This document shows positions 1-16,771 of a DNA stretch of 64,000 bases, in pieces; the stretch's first letter is position 1, and every line of letters starts with the position of its first letter. The notes below the pieces were generated by a model that searched no databases, was not told where the DNA came from, and saw nothing but the letters and a program-made list of their open reading frames with translations. The stretch is from the human T2T-CHM13v2.0 reference genome, Homo sapiens. The position numbers were made by a program, and so were the translations under genes. The stretch is from the NCBI RefSeq assembly GCF_009914755.1, contig NC_060936.1; one strand, written 5' to 3'.

Positions 1-540
<540 letters not shown>

Positions 541-779
541 ACCAAATTCTTCTGGTTGAAACCATGAAGCAGCCTTTGGTTTCTTTAGAAGTTATTTAGT
601 ACTACTAGCCAGATTGACTAAATGTCTTTCTTGGAAGTGTGTGAGACACTTTGAGATAAAAGATGATTGGTGACATAATGTATGGAAAGATAATGTATGC
701 AAATGCTTAATGCTTGGTATAGTTTCTGGCACAATGTAGGTGTTCAATGAATGTTAGCTATATTAAAATCCCCTAATTT

Positions 780-1077
780 GGCCAGGCACGGTGGCTCCTG
801 CCTGTAATCCCAGCATTTTGGGAGGCAGAGACAGGTGGATAGCTTGAGCTCAGGAGTTTGAGACCAGCCTGTGCAACATGGCAAAACCCCATCTCTACAA
901 AAAATATAAAAAATTAGTTGGGTATGGTGGTGTGCACCCTGTAGTCCCAGCTACTTGGGAGGCTGAGATGAGATAATCTCTTGATCTGGGAGGCAGAGGT
1001 TGCAGTGAGCAGAGATTGTGCCACTGTACTGCAGCCTGGGTAATAGAGCAAGACTCAGTCTCAAAAAAAAAAAAAAA
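780..1077 (+). mobile_element. AluJ-type element
   Basis: Diverged dimer (cttgagctcaggagtttgagacc), poly(A) tail. Confidence 0.9.
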
Positions 1078-1390
1078 TCCGAATTCTCCATTTCTTCCTT
1101 ACTTGGACCCCCAGGCAGCCTTCAAATTCCAGGCTAATTGTCTCTGAATTAAAGCTCTGATTTATAAATCATCACTGGTTTCCATCGATGTGATTGGCAG
1201 AGATCATTTTTTTTTCTTCCCTCCTATCCTTTGACTCCTGTTCTCCTCTATTACCACCAGCAAGCTGAGGGAGGAATTCAACTCCACATTTGCCCCTCTT
1301 TAGCTGTCTTAGAGGAATTTTTCCTGAGGGGAATTAACTCTGAGTAGAGGACCTCGGTTCATTGATGTTTTATTTTAATGATGAAAGGTG

Positions 1391-1835
<445 letters not shown>

Positions 1836-1888
1836 TTAAGTCATAAGGTTAATGAAATTGGGAGTCTAGGAGAAACCTCAGTATATAT

Positions 1889-4187
<2,299 letters not shown>

Positions 4188-4614
4188 TCAGTACATCTAA
4201 TTAATGAGTTCCAGTATCATGAACATAAAAGGTAGTTTAGGAAGAGGGATGCCTCAGAAGGTTTCCCATGTTGTTTCATTCATCAGAGACCAAGAGACAC
4301 CATAAATCACTGCAATATCCCCATTAGTTCCTAAAATTTTGCTTTCTGAGACAGCATATCTTAAATGCCAACTCTGGGTTATAAAATTCAAATTGACTCT
4401 GAAATTTAAAGAGGAAACATATGAACTGTAAATGTGTGAAGGAAATCTTCCAACCCCCCATCCCAAAATCCACTACAGCAATGTTTACTTTGTCCTTTAT
4501 AATTATGGGATGAAATGATAAGACTGATGACTTCACTCTTTGATTGGGATGAGTGGGGTACAGTGTTTGTGTGTGTTTGGGGGTGGGAGTAGGAAGGTTT
4601 ACTGCTGGGAATTG

Positions 4615-4985
4615 ATGTGTTGGTAAATGCTTGACAACCAGCCAAGAGTGTGATGGATGCCCTCATTTACATCATTGCTGATTTCTGTGGTATCAGTACT
4701 CCCATTGTAGCTGATTGCAAGCTATCAGTGTGACATTACTGAACTTGGAGTTGGAAAGTAATGTGCAATAGCACACCATTATATAGTATTTCAACCATGC
4801 AAAATCAGTCAACAAAAATAACCTAAAGAGCAGAAGTAACAGTCAAATATGGTAAAAATATAAGGAAGTGATGAGTTTGGGTATTTATTACCTTTGGTTT
4901 AGATATAATTTATTAAGTTATAAGCTTATATCATTTAATTTTTAATAATGGCTGTGTTTAACAACTTGTTTAGAAAATTTAACAT
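4615..4985. mobile_element. MER63-like hAT DNA transposon fossil; remainder at ~5866-5890
   Basis: gtgttggtaaatgcttgacaacc ... atggctgtgtttaacaac...gaaaatttaaca match recalled MER63 termini; ctctcatgagcc resumes the element after the Alu cluster. Confidence 0.6.
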
Positions 4986-4987
4986 GT

Positions 4988-5338
4988 GGCCTGGCACAGT
5001 GGGTAATGCCTGTAATTCCAACACTTTGGGAGGCTAAGGCAGGAGGATCGCTTGAGCCCAGGAGTTTGAGACCAGCCTGGGCAACAGAGCAGGACCCCAT
5101 CTCTACAAAAAAAAAAATTTGTTTTAAATTTACTGGGTGTGGTGGTGCACACCTGGAGTCCCAGCTACTCAGGAGGATGAGGTGGGAGGATTGCATAAGC
5201 CTGGGAGGTTAAGGCTGCAGTGAGCTGCAATCATCATGTCACTGTACCCCAGCCTGGGTGACAGAGCAGGAGCCTATCTCAAAAAAAGAAAAAAGAAAGA
5301 AAGAAAGAAAGAGGAAAAAAATAGAAGAAAGAAAATTT
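4988..5338 (+). mobile_element. AluJ(o)-type element with GA-rich tail
   Basis: ggatcgcttgagcccaggagtttgag and gaggttaaggctgcag AluJ features. Confidence 0.9.
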
Positions 5339-5660
5339 GGCTGGGCATTATGGCTCACACCTGTAATCCTAGCACTTTGTGAGGCCAAGGTGGGAAGATG
5401 GTTTGAACTCAGGAGTTCAAGACCATCTTGGGCAATATGGCAAAACCCCATTATTACAAAAAAAAAAAAAAAATTAGCCGGCCACATTGGCACGTGCCTG
5501 TGGTCCCAGCTCTTTGAGAGGCTGAGGTGAGAGGATTGCTGGAGCTTGGGAAGTTGAGGCTGCAGTGAGCTGTAATTGAACTACTGCACTCCAGCCTGGG
5601 TGACAGAGTCTCACTCTGTCTTAATAAATAAATAAATAAATAAAAAGAGAAAAGAAGGAA
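5339..5660 (+). mobile_element. AluJ-type element inserted at the tail of the previous Alu
   Basis: Dimer with (AAAT)n tail; gaaaattt recurs on both sides. Confidence 0.9.
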
Positions 5661-5822
5661 AATTTGACACTTAACGCTTTTTTTAAATTAATCAATTTTA
5701 TTTGCTTATTTTGACAGAGTGAGACCCTGTGTCAAAAAATAAATAAATAAAAATAGAAAAGAAAAGAAAATTTGACACTTACCTCTTTTTTTAAAAAATT
5801 AATCAATTTTATTGGCTTATTT
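5601..5822 (+). repeat. ~111-bp tandem duplication (Alu 3' end, tail and flank)
   Basis: Copies 5601-5711 and 5712-5822 both read tgacagagt...aaataaata...gaaaatttgacactta...aaattaatcaattttatt(t/g)gcttattt. Confidence 0.9.
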
Positions 5823-6559
5823 TTATTTTTTTTCTTCCAACTTTTATTTTAGGTTCAGGGGAACATTTAACTCTCATGAGCCAACATCAAAACACTTTTG
5901 TGACAGCAGAGTACATTACTCTATCTCTTTTTGCCTGTCATGATGTACTAGCAGTTCTTATTGGCCACGTGGGTTATTTTAAACCTGAAGTCTCAATCTC
6001 CCACCCACTTTTTCTTACCAAGACCCTGCCTCTAATAGAAAGCATATGGTCCCATTGAATCTCAGTCTCAAGTAAAAATTTATTTTTTGGGGTGGGAAAA
6101 GGGTAGCCAGATGGACTGTACAGCTGTGCATTCTTCCTGAGGAGCATTCTACCCTTCAAGACCTAAGAGTTAGGGTGAGAAGGCAAGAAGGAAGCCTGCG
6201 CTATTAGTACTACAGCCAAGCATCAGGACTTTTTTGAAATGATCTGTACAGGGACAGAACAGTGACATTTTGCTTAGAGTCATGTGGACTCAGCTGCTCA
6301 AATAATTAATGTTCCAACATAGATGACTCATTTTGTAAGAACATTAAGTTCATAGCCAATTTGTTAATACAAGAAAACTATCACCTCATTTTTTTAACTG
6401 AAAAAGTATTGCTTAAATTTTATGAGTTATAATTTTCATTTTGGATGAAGGTGGATTGAAATGCACAAAGATGGTGCTGGAGCCATACTGGCACTGTTTT
6501 CAATGTGGGTGTCTTATTTTCCAGGATGGTTAGGGGACAGAAAGCTGTCATCTGAGGAT

Positions 6560-6670
6560 GGTTTGAAGAAACTGTGCTTTTCCTAGAGAAGACAGAAGGA
6601 AGCCATGATATCTACTTTCAAAAGCTAAAAACGTTGCCAGGTGGAAGAGGGATTAGAACTTGTTTTGCAA
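6560..6670 (+). mobile_element. L3/CR1 fragment; probably continues at ~15250-15290
   Basis: cctagagaagac...catgatatctactttcaaa...gtggaagagggattagaacttgttt is CR1/L3 3'-like; aggactaggaccataggatggaag at 15259 continues it. Confidence 0.55.
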
Positions 6671-6679
6671 ATTATCATG

Positions 6680-6812
6680 GCAGTTAGAAATAGGGGCCCT
6701 GTATTACAGACATCTGAGTTCCAATACTGGCTCTCATCACTTACTAGCTGTATGTCCTTGGACAAATTATGGAAACTCTTTAAACTTCAGATCTCTTATC
6801 TGCAAAATGAAG
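6680..6812 (+). mobile_element. MIR, split; resumes at ~14644-14705
   Basis: ctgagttccaatactggctct...cacttactagctgtatgtccttggacaa...atctgcaaaatg; continues as gataaaaatagtacctactcacag. Confidence 0.75.
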
Positions 6813-7952
6813 TGTATTCATTTCCTATTGCTACTGTAACAAATTACTACATATTTAGTGGCTTAAAACAACATAACCTTATTATCTTACAATTCTGGTG
6901 GTCAAGCTCCAAAGTGGGTCTCACTAGGCTAAAATCAAGGTGTTATCGAAACACCAGGGGTTTGGGCTAAGTCCTGCAGCTTGCTGCACAGAAAGCCAAT
7001 GACTGAGACAATGAGTATTGCCAGTGGAGAAGGCTTTCATCTGGTGCTGCAGCTAAGGAGATGGGAAATCAGTGTCAAATCCATCTCCCTGAGTGACTAA
7101 AATTAGGGGTTTATATAGCAGGGAAGAAATGCAACTATGTATGGGAAAACAGAAACTTAGGAGGGGTAAGGAAGCAATCAGGATGAATGAGGGGCCTAGT
7201 ATCTCATTGTCTGGATGGATAAATTGGTGAGCCACAGGTTTTTGATACTTTTTGAGAGGGTTAGAAGTCCTTTCCTGAGGAAGGAACTCAGATAAAAACA
7301 AATGTAAGTTTCAAGATTTAAGACCAAACTGAAGGGTCAATTTCTATGTTTATGTAACAAAAAAGTCTATGGGACTATTGAGATAGTTTCAGTTCCCCCT
7401 CTCCATTTATCAGTTCCTCAGTCATGGGGAATCTGGTTGTCAATCTTTCTGACTGCTTCATGCTGAGAAGAGGTGTTGTGGGCAGCTCAAAGATTAATCT
7501 AAAACTATAGTTTCATTCTGAAACACAATCTTTCTCTTTCCAGTCCCCCACTTCCACCAGAGACAAATCACAGCAGCACCAATCTACCTGAAAAATAAGC
7601 TTCAGTCCCATGTACTTGGCCTGATTACCCACACATAGCAGGAAGAATCAGTGTCCACATAGGCTTTCCTCAATCAGCTTTGTTGGAACCTCTCACAAGG
7701 ACATTTCAGTCAAAGCCCTGGAAGAAAACCAGTTCCTCCAACTGTGTCCCATTATAAAAGAAAACAGATTCTTATTGAACTTATACAAACAAACACATTG
7801 CCATAAATTAAGAATATTCATAAATAATTTACAAATTCTGGAGAAATGAGGCACAGAAAAATATGCCTCAAATTCTGTTTAGAAGAGTATACTCTACTCA
7901 ATTGTTAAAGGCTATAAATAGCTCGAAGGGATAAAAGTTCTCCAGACTCTGA

Positions 7953-8274
<322 letters not shown>

Positions 8275-8351
8275 ATCAGTGATGTTTCAAACAAACAAAC
8301 AAACAAAAAGCCCTAAAAAGTTATTTCAGTCCTCCATTCATTCAGTCCATG

Positions 8352-9168
8352 TGCCCAAAGCCTTAGGATCCCACACCTTGCATCACTGTGGCCAGGATGT
8401 GAGACATGGAATCAAGGGAGATTATTTTGGAGATTTAAAATTTAATCACTGCCCTGCTGGGTTTCAGACTTGCATGGGGCCTATAGCCCCTTTCTTTTGG
8501 CTGATTTTTCCCCTTTGGAATAGGAGTATTTACTCAATGCCTACACCCCCATTGTATCTTGAGAGTAACTAACTTGTTTTTTATTTTACAGGCTCATTGG
8601 CAGAAGGGACTTGCCTTGTCTCTGATGAGAATTTGGACTTTGTACTTTTGAGTTAATGCTGAAATGAGTTAAGACTTTGGGGGTTCTGTTGCATCACAAG
8701 GTTAAAAAAGACTTTGGAGGACTGTTGGGAAGACATGATTATATTTTGAAATGTAAGAAGAACATGAGATTTGGGAGGGGCCAGTAGAGAATGATATGGT
8801 TTGGGTCTGTGTTCCCACCCAAATCTCATGTCAAATCCCCAACAGTGGAGGTGGGGCCTGATGGGAGGTAATTGGTAATTGGATCATGGAGAAGATTTTC
8901 CCCTTTGGTGTTGTTCTCATGATAATTAGTGAGTTATCATGAAATCTGGTTGTTTAAACCTCCCCACTCCCTCTCTTCCCCCTGCTCTAGCCACGTAAGA
9001 CATGCCTGCTTCCCCTCTGCCTTCCACCATGATTGTAGGTTTCCCGAGGCCTCCCCAGCCATGCTTTCTGTACAGTTTGTAGAACTATGAGCCATTTAAA
9101 CCTCTTTTCTTTATAAATTACCCATTCTCAGGTATTTCTTTAGGGCAGCACAAGAACAGTCTGATGCA
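8352..9168 (+). mobile_element. MST-int 3' end (8352-8791) plus MSTA-like LTR (8792-9168)
   Basis: MaLR internal 3' sequence with purine tract ttgggaggggccagtagagaa; LTR tgatatggtttgg...gtctgatgca. Confidence 0.85.
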
Positions 9169-12100
9169 CTATGAAATCAACTCCTGATCTGCTTCATATT
9201 GGGTTAGAAATCTTTATAAATGTTTCTATCAGCCTTTAATTAGAATCCTAGTTTTCTCTCTAATCCAGTGGCAAAATCTCCAAATTTATCAGAAAAGAGT
9301 CCTTTTCAGGAAGGAAGGAGTCCTTTTCATGAAACCCCAAAGAAGCAAGGGACAGTAGCTGATTATAAGTCAATTTTTGAGAAGAATCCATGCAAAACAA
9401 CAATTGTGGATGACAAAGTCTTAGGACAGCAATAGTTAAAGATACAATTGATAAAGAAATTTGGTTATTTCTATGGTATACAACAATTTAACATAATAAT
9501 CATAATAATTACTGACAAGAAATATTAAAACATCAGAATTTCAGGAATCTCAAACAATTCTGGACACTTATTAACAACACATCTATATAAATGTAACACA
9601 AAAAAAGCTAAACACACCTAAGATTTTGACAATGCTTCCTGCATAATTCTAACATAATAAATAAGCCTAATAAGGCTAATAAGTCCCTCTTGGACTTCAG
9701 TGAACCTAATATTTGAAAAAGTTATTTTGAGGTCAAAAAGACTGAATTTAGAACTTGAAATTTTGCTCTTGGAAAGTCTGCCACCTATCAAAGGTTTAAG
9801 ACACTTGATATCACAAAATAGGATTATAGGTGACTATAAAATAGTCATTCATTTAGCAAAATGCTAAAACAAGAATATTCATACTTTAATAGAGAAGATG
9901 ACTTAATTTCCAAAACAATAAGACCTAATAAAGACAATATGAAGCCAACTAAATCTGTCTTTTGCCCTCCCTTTTTTCATTCTTCTGTAGTTTTATTCAA
10001 AAGGTAAACACAATATTTTATTATCTCTCACCTGAAAATTTTGTTCCAAAGACAAAATCAAATTTTTGCTTTGTATGGTGTATTACTAATGTTAAATGTT
10101 AATAAAACCTTATAAGCAAATCTGTCTAATGTTAATCAGTTTGACCATAAGGTAAGATTTCCATAATCTTTCTATACCCTATTAAATAGCATATCAATGA
10201 TCCAAGAAAACCCTGTTATTCCAACAGACAGGCCCAGATGCTGGCCTTGCATTAGTGTGCTTTTGATATTAATGTTTAATTTATATAAAAATTCTGAATA
10301 AATCTTATCCCTCAGAGTTTGCCCTTACAATCTCATGTGCCCACCTCTTCCACAATAATCCCTGGGCCTAGAGGGGTTGAATAGTGTTAACATCTGGATC
10401 TGTATTTCACTAAAGCAGTTTATTTTGATTGTCACCTTCTCCTGGGACTGAAGACGAGACTTCGACTGATGTCAATGCTCAAGATTTAGCAGAGGTCAGT
10501 ACCTTTTTCAATCCCAGGAGTCAAAGTCCTGTAACTTAACAGCACAAGGTTTAGTTAATAGGATATTTATACAACAGAAAGTCCTATCATGCTAACATGT
10601 CACAAATTAAAACACTGTGATTTGGTGTCCAGTAGTTATTGCCTGAAGCACTTCAAACTATTGTATTAAAGTGATTAGGTTACTCCTTGCATATATCTAA
10701 TTGCTAGGATTCTAGTGACAAAACTGTGACCAAAAGCATCAAAAAGTGATAGGTTCCTTCTGTAGAGCAGCAGCATAAAAGCCTGAGTATGCAGAACTCC
10801 ATCCCACTTTCCCATTCAAAAGCAAACTCCAGATTCCAAAGAATATTGGGGGTAAACAGTATTACAAAATAATATCAGTTTATCTAATTCAAATTTCCCA
10901 TGGCTATATGGACACACACAAAAACAATCACCAAAACACAATCCAACTGCTGCAGCAACAAACAAGCCCCAAAAGTGTCCAAACTGAAAGAGTTAGGGTG
11001 CTTCATCTCTTCATTGGTTGAGCTTGATCAACCTACAAACAGAAATTCCTTCAGAATTTCTCAGTTGAGAGGAGCCAATCTCTCTGTCTGGTACCCACAA
11101 AAGATACTCACTTGCCTGGACACACACATACAACACGATTACAAACAAGACCCCAAGAATGTTTATACTGAAACAGCCAGGGTGCTTCCCTCATGTCAGT
11201 TGGGCTTGTTCAACCTGCAAATGAAAATTACTGAAAAAATTTCCCGAATTGAGAGGAATAGACCCTGCTGCCTGGGCACACAAAGAACTCTCACCTATCC
11301 AGATGTGGATGCCAAATCTCAAAGGCAGTTCTTCCTGGGTAATCAGGAATGCAACTGGGGCCAGCAGCAGCAGCAGGGCCGGAGAGAAACAGAAACTCAC
11401 CTCCAGCCAAAATTGGGTGGGCAGCTGCTTAGCAGGGCTTCTGGGCCTCCTGGCCCATGGCAGCTGAGCACAAGCAATGCATTGTTGGATAGGAAACCAA
11501 AATCTGTTACTAAAACACCAGGGGTTTGGTGTAAGTCCTGCTGCTCACCACACAGAAAGCCGATGACTGAGACAATGAGTATTGCCAAGGAAGAAGGCTT
11601 TCATCGGGTGCTGCAGCTGAGGAGATGGGAGATCAGTGTCAAATCCATCTCCCTGAGTGACTAAAATTAGGGATTTTTATAGCAGGGGAGAAATGTAACT
11701 GTGTAGGGGAAAACAGGAACTCAGGAGGGGTAAGAAAGAAATCTTGATGAATGAGGGCTTAATGTCTCGTCTGGATGCTGTGACTTGGTGAGTTTCATTC
11801 TTTGATACTTTTTGAGAGGTCTACGGTTCCTTTTTTGAGGAAGGAACTCAGATAAAACAAATGTAAGTTTCAAGATTTAAAACTAAAAGTGTCAATTTCT
11901 ATGTTTATTTTGAAAAACTGTCTATGTGACTACTGGGTCTGTTTCAATGTCAGCAGGGCTGCATTCCTTCTGGAGGCTCTAGGAAAGAATCCATCTCCTT
12001 GCTTTTTGCAGCTTCTAGAGGCCACCTGCAGTCCTTGGCTCATTTCCCCATTCCTCTATCTTCAAAGCCAACAAAGTTGGGCCAAGTTCTTCTCACACTG

Positions 12101-13530
12101 CTATCTTTCTGGTTCACTATCTTCTGCCTCCCTCTTCAATTTACAAGGACTCTAGTGATTACATTCAGCTGTAACTTCCCCTCCATCTTCTGAAGGTTCA
12201 CAGAAAAATTAACTCATAAAGAGCAGATAAATTGGAGAAAAGACATACAAATTCATTCACATGACCATGAGGGCAAATCACAGAATGGTTATCTATCCCT
12301 CAACTGGGTTCAGAAGCCTAAATAGTATCTTGAGGTTACAGAAAGAATGGGGGCTTGGATCCTGGCAAAACACATTATGGGAGGGGGGAAAAGAGGAATT
12401 CTGTTGAGGGGCAGTAAATCTTTCTGAGGAAAATGAATGGATTAGAGAACAGAGGTTCACTTGTAAATTAGTTCTCTTTGGAATTTTTATGAACCTGAGA
12501 GACAGACATTATCTTGTGAAAGGGTCTGCTGAGGTGTGGTTACATTCATGGTCATCCTTTCTGCAATAGATAATGAGATAGAAAGGAAGGCAAGAAAAAA
12601 AAAAAACTATTGTTCTCCTTGGCGTGTCCTTCTGGTCTTTATGTAGATAGGGGAAAAGTCTCTTACAGTGTGTATTGATCTCTAAGAGCCTTTAATTCAA
12701 AATACTCATTATACCAAGTGATCATATTTTGGAGTAAAGTTCCTTGTGCTCCTTTATTCCACCTGTCTGGAACTTCCTTGCAAGTTTCATGCATTAAAAG
12801 CTGAGTTGGTGGCTGTGAAGTGAGAAATCAGATTAGTAGTCGAGTAGCAAGAGATAGGCAAAGGAGGGGGAAAAAAACAATTTGGGATAAGCAGAAAAGA
12901 GCAAATTTAAATATATTGTCCCATATCTGCCTGAATCAGTCTCTTAGTCCTGAGAATAGATCAGTTCAGTTAAACAGCTGTGTCCCATTTCAGGAGATGG
13001 CATTGCAGATGGGCTAAGCCTCTATATATAATGCAGGCAAACATCTTTAATAAAAAGGCATTTCTATGGAAACAGAATAAAAACAAAGGTTAATGTCTGG
13101 AGTAGTCTATAAACTAAGTTTTCTATAAACTAGCTTTTCTAGTTTATAGACTGCTCCAGAGTCTGTGAAGCATATTCAGATTATAGTGGCAATCTGACAG
13201 ATATTCCCTGGATTATAGTTTGAATCAGGTGTTCAAGTCAACTTTTGGAATAGTTCATACACCAAAAGGCATGAAGGCCATTTATAAATAAGTTGCTGCG
13301 GTGATTTCTCCTGAAGTTTATATCAGGTTGTCTAGCTTCAGTTTGCAGGGCTTCAAGAAAAGAAGATTTAATTTCTAGTGATTTCAAATCAGTAAAAGGG
13401 GAGGAAATTTTGAAAACATTAGTTTGGAGACTTGTAGCAAGGAAGAAATTTAGAATTTAGTCCAAATTGTAGGCAAATAATAAAAACTTTAAAACAATGG
13501 AAAGGCTAGAACCTAATTACAGGTGTACTA

Positions 13531-14016
13531 TGACAGAGCAGGAGCATCGCCATCTTGGACAAGCCCCTCATTCTAAAGTTCACCTTAATAAAAAACCACC
13601 TAAATCCAAAGGACATCAGCCTAATGGCTAAGGTCAGCATGACCATAAACCACAAATAACATCTCCAACCAGAAACATTCCAAACTCCTCCCTGACCAGA
13701 GACATGCCAGACCAGAGATAAACCCTGCTCTGGCCTGGAAGATGCTAGCCCTGAGATAACCCCGTTCCAGGCTGGAAAGATGTCTGTCCTAAGATAACCT
13801 CCCCTCCTCCCAGAAAGATTCTGCCATAAACTTTTCCACACACATAAACATTCATAAGCCCCCTCACCCTAAAACCAATATATACTCCTAGTCTGCAAGA
13901 GAAAGGGCTTCTGACCGAAATGGGCCGGGGATACCTCTCAGGTTTGATCTAAAGTAAACCTGTCTTCAACTGCAAGCTGTGTTTTGTGTTCCTTTCCTCT
14001 TTCTTTAACTCTTACA
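13531..14016 (+). mobile_element. LTR19-like solo LTR
   Basis: Starts tgacagagcaggagcatcgccatcttggacaagc, ends ctcttaca; perfect 5-bp TSD tacta (13526-13530, 14017-14021). Confidence 0.85.
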
Positions 14017-14033
14017 TACTATAGTTTTCTTTT

Positions 14034-14067
<34 letters not shown>

Positions 14068-14357
14068 TCAGAGACAGGGTCTTATTCTATTGCCCAGGCT
14101 GGAGTGCAATGGTGTGATCATGGCTCACTGTAGTCTTGACCTCCTGGGCACAAATGATTCTGCCACCTCTGCCTCCTGAGTAGCTGGAGACAACGGGCAC
14201 ATGCCAGGACACCTGGCTAGTACTTTTTTTTATTTTTGTAAAGACGGTGGTCTCACTATGTTGCTTAGGCTGGGTCTTGAACTTCTGGCCTCAAGTGATC
14301 CTCCCACCTTGACCTCCCAAAATGCTGGGATTACAGGTGTCAGCCACTACACCCAGC
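14034..14357 (-). mobile_element. AluJo-like element
   Basis: Poly(T) plus dimer; TSD tatagttttctttt (14020-14033, 14358-14371). Confidence 0.92.
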
Positions 14358-14780
14358 TATAGTTTTCTTTTCGAAACATAGTTTTTCTCTCCAGTTCCTC
14401 ATTTCTACCAAAGGCAAATCACAGTAGGACAAATCTAAGTTTTAGTCTTTTTATGCTTGGCCTGTGCTCCTTTGGGACACACACAGATAATTCAGGATAA
14501 TCTCTCTATCTCAGGGCCAGCTGAGTACCAGCCTTAATTTTATCTGCAGTATTGGTTCTCCTTTGCAATGTAATCTAAATAGTCACAGGTTCCAAGGGTT
14601 AGGATGAGAACATCTTTGGCGGCCCATTATTCTGCCTGCCACATGAGGATACTAAAATATAATGAGGATAAAAATAGTACCTACTCACAGCATTGTACTG
14701 AGGAAAAGTACATTCTAGAGTTCTTACTTATCTTTGAGTAAGAATTTAAATATGAGCATTTATTATTATTAATAACAATC

Positions 14781-15244
14781 TATATTAGTTTGCTAGGGCT
14801 GCCTTAACAAACTACTGCAAAGTGAGTGGCTTAAAACAACAGGAGTATATTGTCTGTCAGTCCTGGAGGCCAGAAGCCTGAGATCAAGGTGTCATCAGCG
14901 TGGTTCCTTCTGAGGGCTTTGAGGGAAGAATCTATTCCATGCCTCTACCCTAGCTTCTGGCAGTTTATTGGCAATCTTTATGTTCCTTGGCTTGTAGATG
15001 CATCACTTGATCTCTGCCTTCATGTTCACATGGTGTTTTCCCTGTGTGCATGTCTGTGTCCAATTTTCCCCTTTTTATAAGGACACCAGACACATTGGAT
15101 TGAGCTCATTCTACTTCAGGGTGACGTCATCTTAATTAGTTACATCTACAATAATCCTCTTCTCAAATAAGGTCACATTCTGAGGCGCTGGGGGCCAGGA
15201 CTTTAACATATGAACTTTTGGGATATTTGGCTTAACCCATAACA
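14781..15244 (-). mobile_element. MLT1B/C-like solo LTR
   Basis: tatattagtttgctagggctgcc...aacccataaca; perfect TSD caatc (14776-14780, 15245-15249). Confidence 0.88.
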
Positions 15245-16401
15245 CAATCCAAAGGATAGGACTAGGACCATAGGATGGAAGGCATAGGAAGAGCATCATC
15301 ATTTTCAGCTAATTTTTAAATTTTTTTTTAGAGATGTCTCTCTCTCTCTCTCCTGCCACCATGTGAAAAAGGTGCTTGCTTCCCAACTTTGCCTTCCACC
15401 TTGATTGTGAGGCAGCCAGGTGGGTGAGCGTCCCTGCAGAAACTCCAACCTGCCGGCCCACTGAGGTGGAGCCCCGGGAGGTTCACACCCTTTGCAGCAG
15501 GGAGGAGCCTGGCCCCTCCTCTTCCTGTTTGGAACCTGGGATTCAAATGGCCTGGCAGGAAGTGCTCTAGCAGAGGGACTCTGGCCTTGCAAGAGTCCCT
15601 ATTTCCCCCTTTTTTTTTGCTTTTCACACAGTAAAACCCTGCTTTACTTCCCTTTGAGTCGTCTGTGAGCCTAAATTTTTGTGGCTGTGGGAAGGACAAG
15701 AACCCCATCTTTAGCTGAAATAAGGAAAAGTTCCGCAACATTTTTGGCACACACCCTGGGGGCTCCGGAAGTGGTGAGTGAAATGGTAACTCAAAACCTC
15801 TCACTGTTGCTTCTGAGCCTTTTCATCCTCAAACTTCTGAAGGTGGGGGAAACCATGTCCCCACCCCACCCCTCTTCACTCCTGGGCCTTTTCATGTCCT
15901 CCTTCCTTTTTTGGGACCGACTGGGGAACAGAAGCTCCCTTCTCCCTTATCTCCTTACCTCTCCCTTACCTCCAGGGGCTGAGACGCATGGACCAAGGGT
16001 CCGGCATAGCTGGTTGGCAGTCCCCACCCCACAGAACTGCTGGAGCGTTCTCCTTTCCCAGTCAAGGGGTTTTACTCCATCTGACAGTAATTGAGCTTTT
16101 CTCCTGGTGGAGGAACCACTTGCCTAAGAATAAGAGATTCTTCCCCAGGCATTTTAAAACTGTTCCTTTTCTTTCCCCTTCTCCACCCTGTCAACAGTTA
16201 ACCTTTACAGTTTTTTTCCCCCCATTTACTAGGCCAGGCCCCCAAACTATCACTGTTTAAATCTTCTGTAAACCTTTAATTATGAAAAAGGATTTGTGGG
16301 GCTAGTCTTAGGCTGTGGCCAATCTGGTGTGTTTTGCATGTCTATATGGTTTGTGCTACAAGCCTCCACCTTGCTTTAAATCCTGGGGGCATGGCCAGTA
16401 A

Positions 16402-16771
<370 letters not shown>

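Larger units (their letters stand above)
12170..14471 (-). mobile_element. MER34-like ERV1 3' LTR (12170-~12756) plus truncated internal region
   Basis: LTR reads ...catattttggagtaaag...gtgctccttta, followed by the purine tract (revcomp ccagacaggtggaa); the internal part ends at a second tgtgctccttt. Confidence 0.6.

Noticed and set aside
10900-11664. 254-aa ORF, the longest non-L1 ORF
   Set aside because: It is antisense to the ERV leader and runs into the LTR, with no recognisable domain; most likely a chance frame.
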